This document shows, piece after piece, positions 1-25,110 of a stretch of DNA of 64,000 nt. A model generated the notes under the pieces. It saw only the letters and a program-made list of their open reading frames with translations, was not told the DNA's origin and made no database searches. The stretch is from Macrostomum lignano (lineage: Eukaryota): positions 124,001 to 188,000 of the forward strand of contig NIVC01001524.1 of the NCBI GenBank assembly GCA_002269645.1, given 5' to 3'. Position 1 is the first letter of the stretch; every line of letters starts with the position of its first letter. A program made the position numbers and the translations under genes.

Positions 1-366
1 GATGATGAAACCAACCTTCCATAAATAGAAGTCCGTGACATCGCACAACGACTCCGACTTTCTCCTTGTAAGAAAAGAAAAAAATATGCATATTTTTCTA
101 TTGTATTAATTTATATTTACTTTGGGAATTGTGACGGGCGTTCTAAGATCTTTGTCGAGCAATGCCAACAAATATGGTTACTTCTCTAGCTAAAGGCAAA
201 GAATAACCGAGTCAAGAAAACGCAGGAGTTTTCCACTTTATCGAAAGAAAACGGCGTTTGTATCAGGCATCTCTGACCCACTTAGCGGATGAAGGATTCC
301 TAGTAGTCAGGACTGAGGATTCGCTTCTCCTTTGATCACGTTTTCTCCTGTAAACTGCCGTTGCAG

Positions 367-12082
<11,716 letters not shown>

Positions 12083-14299
12083 ATGACCGGATCGTATTCA
12101 TGGATCACAAGACGCTTCATAACAAACATTAGCCTATAGATTTTTCTGTTATTACTGAACACGTGACATGACACGAAAAAGTGACATTTTTTCTTACCGG
12201 ATAAACTTTTCAAAGATCACCTGATTGTAATAACTGTACTAGTGATCCTTGACTATATTTTCGGTAATGCTTATAGTCATACTCTGAGAGGCTGAGTGAC
12301 CATGCAGCCATCTGGTCTCAACAGGTCGAACAATATCATAGCATCCGTCCCGTTGGTCGAGGATTGATTTTACAGCTATGCTTGTAGCAGATTTTCCTTT
12401 TTTCAATCGATCAAACAACGCGCCACAAATCCACAAATTCAGCACACCAGAGGACGTAGTGTGTAATTTTGAATTTGCAGACTGTTTGTTTAAACCTGCT
12501 GACTGATATTTTGTTTCCGTTTTCCCCTGATATGATCTCCAAATTATGCATAATATCGTTTTTGTTTTGGTCAAGTTTTTAACCTTGATTGATATTCAAT
12601 TAGTCATTTATATTTCTCTGTTGTTCTTCTTGGAACTTATAACAATTAAAGCAATCAGAAATTGCAGTAGTTATTTTGAGTTTCAAAACCAGATGCCTGG
12701 TTACATAATAAGCTTTGTAAAATTCATCACTCAAACTTTCTTCAACACTCATACTTTCTTTATGCATAAATTGTATCTTTCTATAGCAACACGACATTAT
12801 TCGAACGGCATATAAATTTGCTAACTAATAGTTATTAAACTACTTGCATGTGTAGTAGTATCTAACCCTCATCTCGAAGAAAAGGTTGTCTCTTGTTTCA
12901 GCTGCGGGCAAAATGTTGCTCCACTGAATCAAATTGTGAATAAAATATAGCCCAACATTTTTTTGTGCAGATATTTTTTTATAAAAATGTTTTGTTCAAA
13001 TAGTAACTTTGTTTTAATTTCCAATGCTGCTGCTTTTCAAATAACTGGTTTAATCGGTTGTTTAACTGTTTAACTTTACTTTTCACATTCTGTTACTGCA
13101 ATTGTAAATTTTTGCGACTGGTTGTGGTAGGAAAACTCCGTTGGGTTCGAAATATTTTAACAAAAGTGGCGTCAACTCGAAAAATAAAGATATTGTCTGG
13201 ACTATAGATATTTTAGCACCTAATCCTTCGATATCAACAAATTATATCATGTTTTGGTCGGTACAATTACGCCATATTTTGTGTAATTTGACCTCTTTAT
13301 GTTTTTGATTTTAGGCGTAGTGCAACAACTTTTCTATATTCTGAATTTCTGTATTTTAAACACAGCGATGAGGCACAGTGAGAGAATTGTTATATCATAC
13401 TTGCTGCTATTTAGTTTTGTTTACTATTTCATGGGTTGTATTGTGTGGATTACAACCTGCTCGCACTTGATCCGCTGACAATACAGTTTATCTTTTTTGT
13501 TTTGTTAGATAATAGAACATAAATTATAGTAGTGTTTAGATCTTATATACTACTATAATACAATAGTACTACTAGTAGTGTTAATTGATTTTTTCGTTAT
13601 GCATAAACTTTACTTAAATAAATATTCGGAGGTCGGACAATTACCTCAGTCAGATTTACGTTTTAATTTTTAATAGACTGCTTTGGTAGATGAGAAACGG
13701 CAGATGAAATATTCATCTTGACTTATTTAGTAAAATTAGCAAAGAAAGGGTAATGGGATCATTTCGATTTTAATAGAAATAAGTGCTTCGAATCGTGAAA
13801 TACTCGTAAACAGCTCGTAAATGTAACTGAACTAACTAACTAATTAACTAATTAGAATAACTAACTAACTAACTAAACAAACAAACAAACAAAAAATAAC
13901 TGATCAAATAACTCACTCACTCACTGACTCACTCAAGATCGAAACAGGCTGAACTCCCAGAAAATTTTGTATTCGATGTTTAATTTGGTCCAAGAAAGTG
14001 AAGTAGTATCAGACTGGCTGATTTCTGATTGGTTCTTTAGGGGTCCAGCAAATCACTGTTGTTTGCTACGATTGAGTTAAATAAATAAAAGAAAGAGCTC
14101 AATGACGCCACAAAATTTATCTAAATTTCGCAAAGTTTTCAAAGGCGATTTGTGCTTGAGTATAGATAGCTACAACAAGTAAGTCTCAGTATTTGATTTA
14201 AAAAGTAAATCAAAGTATTAAAACGTTTACCAAGAAAAAGTTTATAAATAAAATTTTAGGAAGTGTTCTGCTGTTGCAAGGAACTAACATAAGTCCCAC

Positions 14300-14432
14300 T
14301 ATTCCCTGTCTAACAGGTGTGACACTATCCCCTGTCTAACAGGTCTGACACTATCATCTGTCTAACAGGTGACACTATCCCCTGTCTAACAGGTCTGACA
14401 CTATCATCTGTCTAACAGGTGACACTATCCCC
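14300..14432. repeat. Short second copy of the 26-bp CTATCCCCTGTCTAACAGGT family
   Basis: About 5 units matching the array at 9890-10558, but intergenic. Confidence 0.9.
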
Positions 14433-14743
14433 TATTTCCCCTAGCAGCATAACTTTCAGTAAAAATGTCTATGATTGCATCGAAAATGAGAAGGGATTAA
14501 CAGTGACATGAAAATGGTATTATTGACCAGGAAGTCACTCTGTAAATCCAGTCAGTTCCGGATCAACGGAAAAAAAATCCAGCGTCAGTCAAGCTGTCAG
14601 ATTGGCTGAGAAACTGCATGCACCTATTACTAGTAGAAGCTGACTTTAACTGTGTTTTATCTTACTGGCATCTTTCTTTCCTATGCGGGTGTTATTTTTA
14701 GCATCGATTTCAGCATTATCGATCCAGCCACTGTAAGTTCATC

Positions 14744-17055
14744 ATGGAACAAATGGGACTGCAATTAACAACGTTAAATAACAAAGGAATCTATCACTTG
14801 GAGGACAATGCAAGCACTGACATTACCACTACTCCCGATGCCAGAGGCGAAAGCAACAAGTACTCTGACTTTTTCCGCCTGCAGCAATCGGTATTGAATG
14901 ACAATGACGAACTTTCGACGATGTAGCATCGAACTTTGACGTTAGAATTTGTCACCTGCTGGGCGTCGCTACTTCTAGTACCAGTTTGCTTGCTAGCGGG
15001 CCTATTTGGCAACGTTACTACATTTGTTGTGATGCTTTGCACTCGAAAAAGATGGTCGAAGCCTCATGTGTACATTGCCTGCTTGCTACCAACCAAACGC
15101 TTTGATTCTGATGCACCAGTTCCTGTCCAAAGGCGACTGGGAGTTACCACTCTATCCTAACGGTTGGTTTTGCGCCGCTTGGAGTTTTGCAATGTCCTCC
15201 TCGGCTGGACTGTTTGCTATGCTGCTCATGCTGGCTCTGATGATAGACCGGTTGCACGCTGACACTGCCGTTTAGTTACAGGGCCTACGGATTGGCGTTT
15301 AGCAGGCGGATGGCTGTTGGACTTGGTGAGAAAGCTTGAATAAACTGTTGATTCTGGTTGTCAGGGACAGGGGGATCCCATGATTAGCGTCAGGGACAGG
15401 GGGATCCCATGATTAGCGTCAGGGACAGGGGGATCCCATGATTAGCGTCAGGGACAGGGGGATCCCATGATTAGCGTCAGGGACAGGGGGATCCCATGAT
15501 TAGCGTCAGGGACAGGGGGATCCCATGATTAGCGTCAGGGACAGGGGGATCCCATGATTAGCGTCAGGGACAGGGGGATCCCATGATTAGCGTCAGGGAC
15601 AGGGGGTCCCATGATTAGCGCCAGGGGACTTTATAGAATGAGCAAAATGGTTAGTGTCAGGGACAGGGGATCCCATGAGGGGATCCCAGCAGGGGAACTC
15701 CATGATTAGCGTCAGGGACAGGGAACTCCATGATTAGCGTCAGGAGCAGGGGAACTCCATGATTAGCGTCAGGAGCAGGGGAACTCCATGATTAGCGTCA
15801 GGAGCAGGGGAACTCCATGATTAGCGTCAGGAGCAGGGGAACTCCATGATTAGTTCAAGAACAGGGGTAACGTGTCACTGCACTGATCATTGTTAGGAAC
15901 AGGGGTTGCCATAGTTAGCGTTATTAGGTGCGCTACGCTAACAAAGAGCATTGGTGTGCTAAGCAGGGCCTCGCTAAAAGTGCGTGGATCTACTGTCGTA
16001 CATGTAGATCTGTATAAGTTTTATCTGGACACAACTGAAGTACGAGTATCTAACATGTAGCTAGCTGTCATTTTCAAGGATATCCCCGTTTTAACTAGCC
16101 TAGCTTATCTAAGGTTGTGTATTCATAGTATCCGGGTTCTGAATTTTCATAGCCACCGTATCGAACCAATCGTGTCCAGAGCAGGTTAATTCTTTCGATA
16201 AGGGACCAATTTACCTGTAAAATCAGTATTCTGTTGGAATAAGAAATCCACATTCAGATGCTTATTGTAATGCCCGTGCATTCCTGATGCTAATCATGGT
16301 GGTGACACCCCCTATTTTTAAGACCGATCGACTTTGTACACGTAATGTTCAATATTTCAGAAAAGCTTTCGGCAGCCAATTTTCGCAAAAAAATACCGTT
16401 TTACAAATATTACAGCCCTGATCTCACTGGCCATGTCAATACCAATTCTGCCGCTGTACCGGATAAGGCACTCTCTGGTATTCCTGGACTCAACCGCTCT
16501 CTTCCCAAGCTGCTTCGCCACAGAAGCTCTGCAGCGCGACATTATGGCAATCTACGTGACGGCTGTACATCGGGGCGGTCTAGTCTCAATACTGATGCCA
16601 CTGTTCAACGGATTTCTAGCTTACAGAGTTTGTCTAATTCGTAGCAGCAGACAGAGTACAAGATGTACTACTGGTACTACAGGTTTGGAAGCAAAAAAAG
16701 AGCAGAGACAATCAGTCAGGGTGACGCTAACCATTTTCAGTTTGAGTTTGTTTTACACGGCGGTGTCGGCACTGTGTACGCTCTGTCATCGGACCTGCGT
16801 CACACGGACACCGTGGCATTCTATTTAAACGTGATCTACTGGACTAATTTGGGCCTATTGTTCACTGTTCTCTACGCAGTATTTCATGGACTCAATTGGA
16901 TTGTCTACGCTAAAGACGTGCAGTTTGTGCGGAACTCTTCAGTGTCCAATTATCTACGTAGGTGGTGTTGCTTTAGAATATGGGAAAGGGCTGAGACTGC
17001 GGCTTCGGTCTACGAACTTAGGGAGCGTCCGAATGCGGCTATTCAAAATGCCTGA
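14744..17055 (+). pseudogene. Rhodopsin-family (peptide-receptor-like) GPCR, disrupted. Exons about 14744-15325 and 16416-17055.
   Basis: Seven hydrophobic segments can be stitched together: TM1 LAGLFGNVTTFVVM, TM3 with a DRY-like IDRL, TM5 GLVSILMPLFNGFL, TM6 VTLTIFSLSLFY, TM7 GLNWIVY. Lesions: in-frame TAG at 14924-14926 and frameshifts near 15085, 15259 and about 16760. There is one GT-AG intron, 15326-16415. Confidence 0.75.
15358..15860. repeat. 29-bp minisatellite GGGATCCCATGATTAGCGTCAGGGACAGG
   Basis: About 16 units in two variant blocks, inside the GPCR intron. Confidence 0.96.
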
Positions 17056-17119
17056 TTGCGTTTTAATGTGTTTTTCTGAAGTCATAGAATCGAAGATTGT
17101 AGTAGTATCTACTTTGTGA

Positions 17120-19640
17120 AGTGTTCAGTTTTGAATTTTCCGGTTGGTGAAGTGTCCAGTTTATGAAGTGTCCAGTTTGTGAAGGCTCCAGTTTGTGAAG
17201 GCTCCAGTTTGTGAAGTGTGTACTTTGTAAATCGTCCAGTTTGTGAAGCGTCCAGTCTGTGAAGTGTCCAGTTTGTGAAGTGTCCAGTTCATGAAGTGTG
17301 TAGTTTGTGAAGTGTCCAGTTCGTGAAGTGTGTAGTTTGTGAATCGTCCAGTTTGTGAAGTGTCCAGTTTGTGAAGTGTCCAGTTTGTGAAGGCTCCAGT
17401 TTGTGAAGTGTGTACTTTGTAAATCGTCCAGTTTGTGAAGCGTCCAGTCTGTGAAGTGTCCAGTTTGTGAAGTGTCCAGTTCATGAAGTGTGTAGTTTGT
17501 GAAGTGTCCAGTTCGTGAAGTGTGTAGTTTGTGAATCGTCCAGTTTGTGAAGTGTCCAGTTTGTGAAGTGTCCAGTTTGTGAAGGCTCCAGTTAGTGAAG
17601 TGTGCACTTTGTAAATCGTCCAGTTTGTGAAGCGTCCAGTCTGTGAAGTGTCCAGTTTGTGAAGTGTCCAGTTCGTGAAGTGTGTAGTTTGTGAAGTGTC
17701 CAGTCTGTGAAGTGTCCAGTTTGTGAAGTGTCCAGTTCGTGAAGTGTGTAGTTTGTGAAGTGTCCAGTTCGTGAAGTGTGTAGTTTGTGAATCGTCCAGT
17801 TTGTGAAGTGTCCAATGTGTCCAGTTTGTGAAGTGTCCAGTTCGTGAAGTGTGTAGTTTGTGAAGTGTCCAGTTCGTGAAGTGTGTAGTTTGTGAATCGT
17901 CCAGTTTGTGAAGTGTCCAATGTGTCCAGTTTGTGAAGTGTCCAGTTCGTGAAGTGTGTAGTTTGTGAAGTGTCCAATGTGTCCAGTTTGTGAAGTGTCC
18001 AGTTCGTGAAGTGTGTAGTTTGTGAAGTGTCCAGTTCGTGAAGTGTCCAGTTTGTGAAGTGTCCAGTGTGTCCAGTTTGTGAAGGCTCCAGTTAGTGAAG
18101 TGTGTACTTTGTAAATCGTCCAGTTTGTGAAGTGTCCAGTTTGTGAAGTGTCCAGTTTGTGAAGTGTCCAGTGTGTCCAGTTTGTGAAGGCTCCAGTTAG
18201 TGAAGTGTGTACTTTGTAAATCGTCCAGTTTGTGAAGTGTCCAGTTTGTGAAGTGAGCAGTTTGTGAAGCGTCCAGTTTGTGAAGTGAGCAGTTTGTGAA
18301 GCGTCCAGTTTGTGAAGTGTCCAGTTTGTGAAGTGAGCAGTTTGTGAAGCGTCCAGTTTGTGAAGTGAGCAGTTTGTGAAGCGTCCAGTTTGTGAAGCGT
18401 CCAGTTAATGAAGTGTCCAGTTTGTGAAGGCTCCAGTTAGTGAAGTGTGTACTTTGTAAATCGTCCAGTTTGTGAAGTGTCCAGTTTGTGAAGTGAGCAG
18501 TTTGTGAAGCGTCCAGTTTGTGAAGTGAGCAGTTTGTGAAGCGTCCAGTTTGTGAAGTGTCCAGTTTGTGAAGTGAGCAGTTTGTGAAGCGTCCAGTTTG
18601 TGAAGCGTCCAGTTAATGAAGTGTCTAGTTTGTGAAGGCTCCAGTTAGTGAAGTGTGTACTTTGTAAATCGTCCAGTTTGTGAAGTGTCCAGTTTGTGAA
18701 GTGTCCAGTTTGTGAAGTGAGCAGTTTGTGAAGCGTCCAGTTTGTGAAGTGAGCAGTTTGTGAAGCGTCCAGTTTGTGAAGTGTCCAGTCTGTGAAGTGT
18801 CCAGTTTGTGAAGTGTCCAGTTTGTGAAGTGAGCAGTTTGTGAAGCGTCCAGTTTGTGAAGTGTCCAGTCTGTGACGTGTCCAGTTTGTGAAGTGTCCAG
18901 TCTGTGACGTGTCCAGTCTGTGACGTGTCCAGTTTGTGAAGTGTCCAGTCTGTGACGTGTCCAGTTGGTGACGTGTCCAGTTGGTGAAGTGTCCAGTTTG
19001 TGAAGTGTCTAGTATGTGACGTGTCCAGTTGGTGAAGTGTCCAGTTCGTGAATTGTTCAGTTTGTGAATGGCTCAGTTCGTGAAGCGTTCAGTTTGTGAA
19101 TTGTTCAGTTTGTGAATTGTTCACTTTGTGAATGGCTCAGTTTGTGAATTGTTCAGTTTGTGAATTGTTCAGTTTGTGAATTGTTCAGTTTGTGAATTGT
19201 TCAGTTTGTGAATTGTTCAATTTGTGAATGGCTCAGTTTGTGAATTGTTCAGTTTGTGAATTTTTCAGTTTGTGAATCGTCTAGTTTGTGAATTGTTCAG
19301 TTTGTGAATGGCTCAGTTTGTGAATGGCTCAGTTTGTGAATTGTTCAGTTTGTGAAGTGTTCAGTTTGTGAATGGCTCAGTTTGTGAATTGTTCAGTTTG
19401 TGAATTGTTCAGTTTGTGAATTGTTCAGTTTGTGAATGACTCAGTTTGTGAATTGTTCAGTTTGTGAATTGTTCAGTTTGTGAATTGTTCAGTTTGTGAA
19501 TTGTTCAGTTTGTGAATTGTTCAGTTTGTGAATTGTTCAGTTTGTGAATTGTTCAGTTTGTGAATTTTTCAGTTTGTGAATTGTTCAGTTTGTGAATTTT
19601 TCAGTTTGTGAATTGTTCAGTTTGTGAAGCGTTCAGTTTT
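17120..19640. repeat. 16-bp satellite CCAGTTTGTGAAGTGT with higher-order structure
   Basis: About 155 units. It explains the ORFs at 17063 and 17161. Confidence 0.98.
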
Positions 19641-20332
19641 GTGTAAAGCGTCTAAGGTAGTAAGAAAGCATTTTACACGTAGAAATGTCCAGTTTTTGAA
19701 ATCGCAGATATCTTTTTTTGTTACTCAAAGATCAATATATTAAATGTTCTGTTTGTATGTAAAATAATACGAATTTTTCATTCATTTTCGACAGGAAATG
19801 CTTGCAATCATTACTATAGTTAATACTCCTACCTACTTCTATTTCGAGTTTCAAATTGAATGACTTCTTGTAAAGTTTTTTTTAAAAACACAAATTACTG
19901 TTACTACTTATGATTATAAATAGCATGTATTAATATATTTGTCAAGGTAGAAGTATGCTTTGATCCGAATTTGACTTGCACAGACTTTGATGTCAAAATA
20001 GATTATGAAAAAATACGAAGTATTTGAGCCGTGCCGTACATCAATAAAAACATACACAATGCATAACAATGGAGACAAACCTTTTTTTAAAGATTAAATC
20101 GATGGAGATTTAGGCGCCGTGAATGCATTTAAACAAACAGGTCTATGATGTTTTACATTTTTTTATACAAATATTAAAGTAATTTAATTATTACATAATT
20201 AAATACTTAGCTGAGAACTTGGCTTTTAAGGAAAGCGAATTTTCTATTTTCTAGCGAAAATTTTACAAATCGTGATTTCGAGAAAAATACCTTTTTTTGA
20301 CGTTTTAACGACTTTTCGATCGGAAGGGTGAC

Positions 20333-20686
20333 TTCCTAAGAAAATGCCATTGTTAGAATGATAGAATGTAAGAAAGTGCGATTATAAAAGGCGATTCTAA
20401 GAAAGATTTTTAACAGTGTTTCTTAGAAACTAAACATTTTTAGAATAGCAAAACCTAGAAAGGACAGCTCACAGAAAGATTATTCTTAGAATAGGCGATT
20501 CTAAAAAGGGCAATTCTTAGAATAAGCGATTCCATGAAAGGGTGATTCCTAGAATAGGCTATTCCGAGAAAGGAAAATTCTTAGAATGGGCGATTCCTGG
20601 AAAGGGTGATTCTTAGATAGGGTAGACGATTCCTGGAAATGGTAATTCTTAGAAAAGGCGATTTTTATAAATGATTATTCCAAGAA
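20333..20686. repeat. Degenerate ~20-bp repeat carrying 12 TTC-N3-GAA palindromes
   Basis: Sites counted by hand between 20395 and 20686. Confidence 0.85.
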
Positions 20687-20842
20687 AAAACTATTGGACC
20701 TTTAAATTTAAAAGGACGAATTCTTGAAAATCCTCAGAGTGTCAATTATACAAGCTCTAGTAGCCATGATGATGATAATAAAATTCTATAAATTTATAGT
20801 ATTAAAAAACTGACAGCATCATAAGCCTCATCAGGTGCTCCA

Positions 20843-21557
20843 TCAGTTCTGAATCGCAGCCCGTTGCTCTACAGGCGGCAGACTGGCAGTCAGACAGGCG
20901 GGCACTCCGCCAGCCTCTAAATACAGCAACAGTCGCAGGCCTCTGATAGCGTAGCAGTCTTGCTTAGCGCCATTGCTAGACGCTGTTGATGCTCCATCAG
21001 TCAGCCTGGGCGCCAGCAAACAATGCAGCCTGGCCAGACCGATGCAGCCTCCCCCACGTCCGTGATGCAGAGAACAGTCGCAGCTGAGTCGAACCAAACC
21101 AAAGCTGCTCAACTCAGCCGACAGGCCGTTGACCAGATTCGGCTGCAGACAGTACCCGTGAATCTGGCAAAGTTCAAGCAGACCTTTGGCGGCCAGACTG
21201 GCTGATTGGTGGCGTTCGCGATGCACCGGACAGGCTGACGGCATGGCCGGTCCGCCCAGTTCAACTACAAAGTCACAGTTGGTCTCGAAGGCTGCTGCTG
21301 GCAGGCCGTCAGGGGAGTGATAGGCTGAGAAGAAAAACTCGGCAAATGCGCGAGACAGGCCCGAGAGGAAGTCGCGGACTTGGGGATCCTCAGAGTCTGA
21401 AGTTGGAGGCTGCCGAGAGTCGTCTGTTGCGGCCGCGACCTGGGATTGGGGCTGCGCAGGGAGGGGGGGGGGGCGAGGGTGGCCGTTAGAGGCCGAGTGT
21501 TTGTAGCGATGGCTACAGGCATCCAGCACAGACAGACAGACATACAAACAGAAAGAC

Positions 21558-21590
<33 letters not shown>

Positions 21591-21639
21591 TACAGACAGA
21601 CAGACAGACAGAGACAGTCAGACATACAAACAGAGAGAC

Positions 21640-21720
<81 letters not shown>

Positions 21721-21927
21721 GTCAGACACTCAGACAGACAGTCAGACAGACAGACAGTCAGACAGACAGACAGTCAGACAGACAGACAGACAGTCAGACA
21801 GACAGACAGACAGTCAGACAGACAGACAGACAGACAGACAGACACTCAGACAGTCAGACAGACAGACAGTCAGACAGACAGACAGTCAGACAGACAGACA
21901 GACAGTCAGACAGACAGACAGACAGTC

Positions 21928-21960
<33 letters not shown>

Positions 21961-23518
21961 CTCAGACACTCAGACAGACAGACAGACACCCAGACAGACA
22001 GACAGACAGACAGAGAGAGAGAGACACTCAGACAGACAGTCAGACAGACAGACAGACAGTCAGACAGACAGACAGTCAGACAGACAGACAGACAGTCAGA
22101 CAGACAGACAGACAGACAGAGAGAGAGACACTCAGACAGACAGTCAGACAGACGGACAGACAGACAGACACTCAGACAGTCAGACAGACGGACAGACAGA
22201 CAGACACTCAGACAGACAGACAGACGCACCTGATGCCGCTGTTGCAGACACTGATTTTGCTGCTGCTGAGCCAGCTGAGGTTGCCGAGGTCTTGCTGTCG
22301 CTGCACCCTGTCCAAGAGCCTGTTGCTGTTGCTGCTGCGGCGGTAGCTGCTGGCTATCCCTAATGTCCCAGTGCTGCAGCAGCCGAACCACAGCTTCAGT
22401 CTTTGACAAAGACAGAGACACGGGAATGTTGCAGGTCCACAGGTATTTGATCAGGTATTCGCGCTTCATCTTGCGGCGGGCGAATAACTCGGCGGGATTC
22501 GAGTGGTAGGCCAGGATTACCCTGATGCAGTCTGTACGATGCAGGGAGGTAGGGTAAGCGCTAGTTTAGGCTGAGGTACTGCTTGTAGATTGTAGATACC
22601 ATGAAGAAGATACCAGACATTAATACGTATCCTCCACCTTCCTTCACCCCCCTAGCACATCTGGTATCTGCCCGCAGTAGCACACCTGGTATCCGCCCCC
22701 CCCCCTAGTACACCTGTTTCTGCCCCCCCCCCCTAGTACACCTGGTTTCCCCCCCCCCCTAGCACACCTGGTATCTGCCGGCAGTAGCACACCTGGTATC
22801 CGCCCCCCCCCCCTAGCACACCTGGTATCCGCCCCCTAGCACACCTGGTATCCGCCCCCTAGCACACCTGGTATCCGCCCCTAGCACACCTGGTACCCGC
22901 CCCCTAGCACACCTGGTACCCGCCCCCTAGCACACCTGGTATCCGCCCCTAGCACACCTGGTATCCGCCCCTAGCACACCTGGTATCCGCCCCCAGCACA
23001 CCTGGTATCCAACCTCAACCTCCTAGCACACCTGGTATCCGCCCCCCTAGCACACCTGGTATCCAACCTCAACCTCCTAGCACACCTGGTATCCGCCCCC
23101 AGCACACCTGGTATCCAACCTCAACCTCCTAGCACACCTGGTATCCAACCTCAACCTCCTAGCACACCTGGTATCCGCCCCCCTAGCACACCTGGTATCC
23201 ACTCTCCAACATACCCTTATGTCCCCTCTGTACTTTTAACGGCTTCCCAAAACCAGCCACGACTGAATGTGCACAATAAACACTACTTATGAACCCAGTT
23301 ATAAGTAGGCATGTAGATTAGATTAGCTTAGATTTAGATATATAGATTTTAGCATAAAAATCAGGAGAAAAATCAGAATAAGAAACCTAACCGTCTTTAT
23401 CTCCGCGTCGAAATTGCAACGCATTTCCGCTGCAAGTGTTGGCAATATCTGTCAGATCCAGCGGGTCAAGCGTGTCCAATAGCGATCGAATCTTATTGGC
23501 CACATCCGGCGGAAGCAT
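20843..23518 (-). CDS. C3orf38: C3orf38-like (DUF4518) protein, about 341 aa. Exons 23392-23518, 22230-22531, 20843-21439 (alternative in-frame acceptor at 21451).
   Basis: The spliced frame MLPPDVANKIRSLLDTLD...DCIRVILAYHSNPAELFARRKMKREYLIKYL...LSRAFAEFFFS...CLQPNLVNGL...SFGLVRL resembles recalled human C3orf38 ([33 protein letters not shown]; PHGLV). GT-AG introns with consistent phases. Confidence 0.85.
21529..22225. repeat. (GACA)n microsatellite in C3orf38-like intron 2
   Basis: About 0.7 kb of CAGA with variants. It starts right after the minus-strand donor. Confidence 0.99.
22655..23200. repeat. ~23-bp minisatellite CTAGCACACCTGGTATCCGCCCC
   Basis: About 22 units with a variable poly-C tract, in C3orf38-like intron 1. 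Confidence 0.96.
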
Positions 23519-23829
23519 GCTGCCACTTTTTAGATTAACTAGCGAGATTACAAATATAACAAATATTATAACACTGAAATGTGTTCAAAGTATACAATTA
23601 GTACTGATTATAGTTTTGCTTTCAATTTGAAAATAACTGGAATGTAAATCAGCCGCTAGTACAGAGGCCGATGCAAACTCGTAAGGCCATGCCGTTAAAG
23701 TATTGAATATTATAAGGGTAAAGTGCAGAAAGAAGTTTAAATAGACTAGATTTGACTAAGGAGTGAAACGGGTGAGATTAGAGTAGAGGAAGATAGACAG
23801 AGTATGAGATTAGAAAGAAAAGAGTGGTG

Positions 23830-24750
23830 AGATGAGAGTGCGGAGACACAAATGTGAGATTAGAGTGAGAATAGAGACAAATGAGAGATTAGAGTGAGAA
23901 TAGAGACAAATGAGAGATTAGAGCGAGAATAGACACAAATGTGAGATTAGAGCGAGAATAGACACAAATGTGAGATTAGAGTGAGAATAGAGACAAATGT
24001 GAGATGAGTGAGAAGAGAGACAAATGTGAGATTAGAGTGAGAAGAGACACAAAATGAGAGATTAGAGTGAGAATAGAGACAAATGAGAGATTAGAGTGAG
24101 AATAGAGCAATAATGAGAGATTAGAGTGAGAAGAGACACAAAATGAGAGATTAGAGTGAGAAGAGACACAAAATGAGAGATTAGAGTGAGAATAGAGACA
24201 AATGAGATATTAGAGTGAGAATAGAGACAAATGAGAGATTAGAGTGAGAATAGAGACAAATGAGAGATTAGAGTGAGAATAGAGACAAATGAGAGATTAG
24301 AGTGAGAATAGAGACAAATGAGAGATTAGAGTGAGAATAGAGACAAATGAGAGATTAGAGTGAGAATAGAGCAAATGAGAGATTAGAGTGAGAAGAGACA
24401 CAAAATGTGAGATTAGAGTGAGAATAGAGACAAATGAGATATTAGAGTGAGAATAGAGACAAATGAGAGATTAGAGTGAGAATAGAGCAAATGAGAGATT
24501 AGAGTGAGAAGAGACACAAAATGTGAGATTAGAGTGAGAATAGAGACAAATGTGAGATTAGAGTGAGAATAGAGACAAATGTGAGATGAGTGAGAAGAGA
24601 GACAAATGTGAGATTAGAGTGAGAAGAGACACAAAATGAGAGATTAGAGTGAGAATAGAGACAAATGTGAGATTATAGTGAGAAGAGAGACAAATGTGAG
24701 ATTAGAGTGAGAAGAGACACAAATGTGAAATTATAGTGAGAATAGACGCA
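23830..24750. repeat. 29-bp GA-rich minisatellite GAGATTAGAGTGAGAATAGAGACAAATGA
   Basis: About 31 units, filling most of the gap between the MTBP-like stop and the C3orf38-like start. Confidence 0.97.
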
Positions 24751-25110
24751 CAGATGAGAAGGTGAGATTATAAGTGAGAGAAAATGAGACTGAAAGAAGA
24801 AGACTTATATAGGTGAAAAAATACGTTAAAACTCTTTTTTAGAGCAGGTAGCATTGTGCCAATTAAAAATTCTAAAAAATTAATAAAAATATATATTAAA
24901 AATCAAATCCAAAATAACTGGTAACTGTAATATAGTCAATTAGTTGCAAATGTTTAAAAATTCAAGTTATATTTTCACGTTATATTTGTAGATAGATTGC
25001 ATAGAGATAATAAATGACATAGACACTAATTATGTTGTTTACGATGAAGTTACTATAAAAATACGTGACCCAAGCAAAAAATGCATTTGTGAAACAAGCT
25101 GTCTCTCTCT

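Noticed and set aside
20333-20686. Heat-shock element reading of the TTC/GAA cluster
   Set aside because: HSEs need 2-nt spacing (TTCnnGAA), and these sites have 3.
20820-20845. CTGATGAG on the minus strand resembling a hammerhead ribozyme core
   Set aside because: No stem II followed by GAAA and no cleavage triplet geometry. A similar candidate near 35930 also fails.
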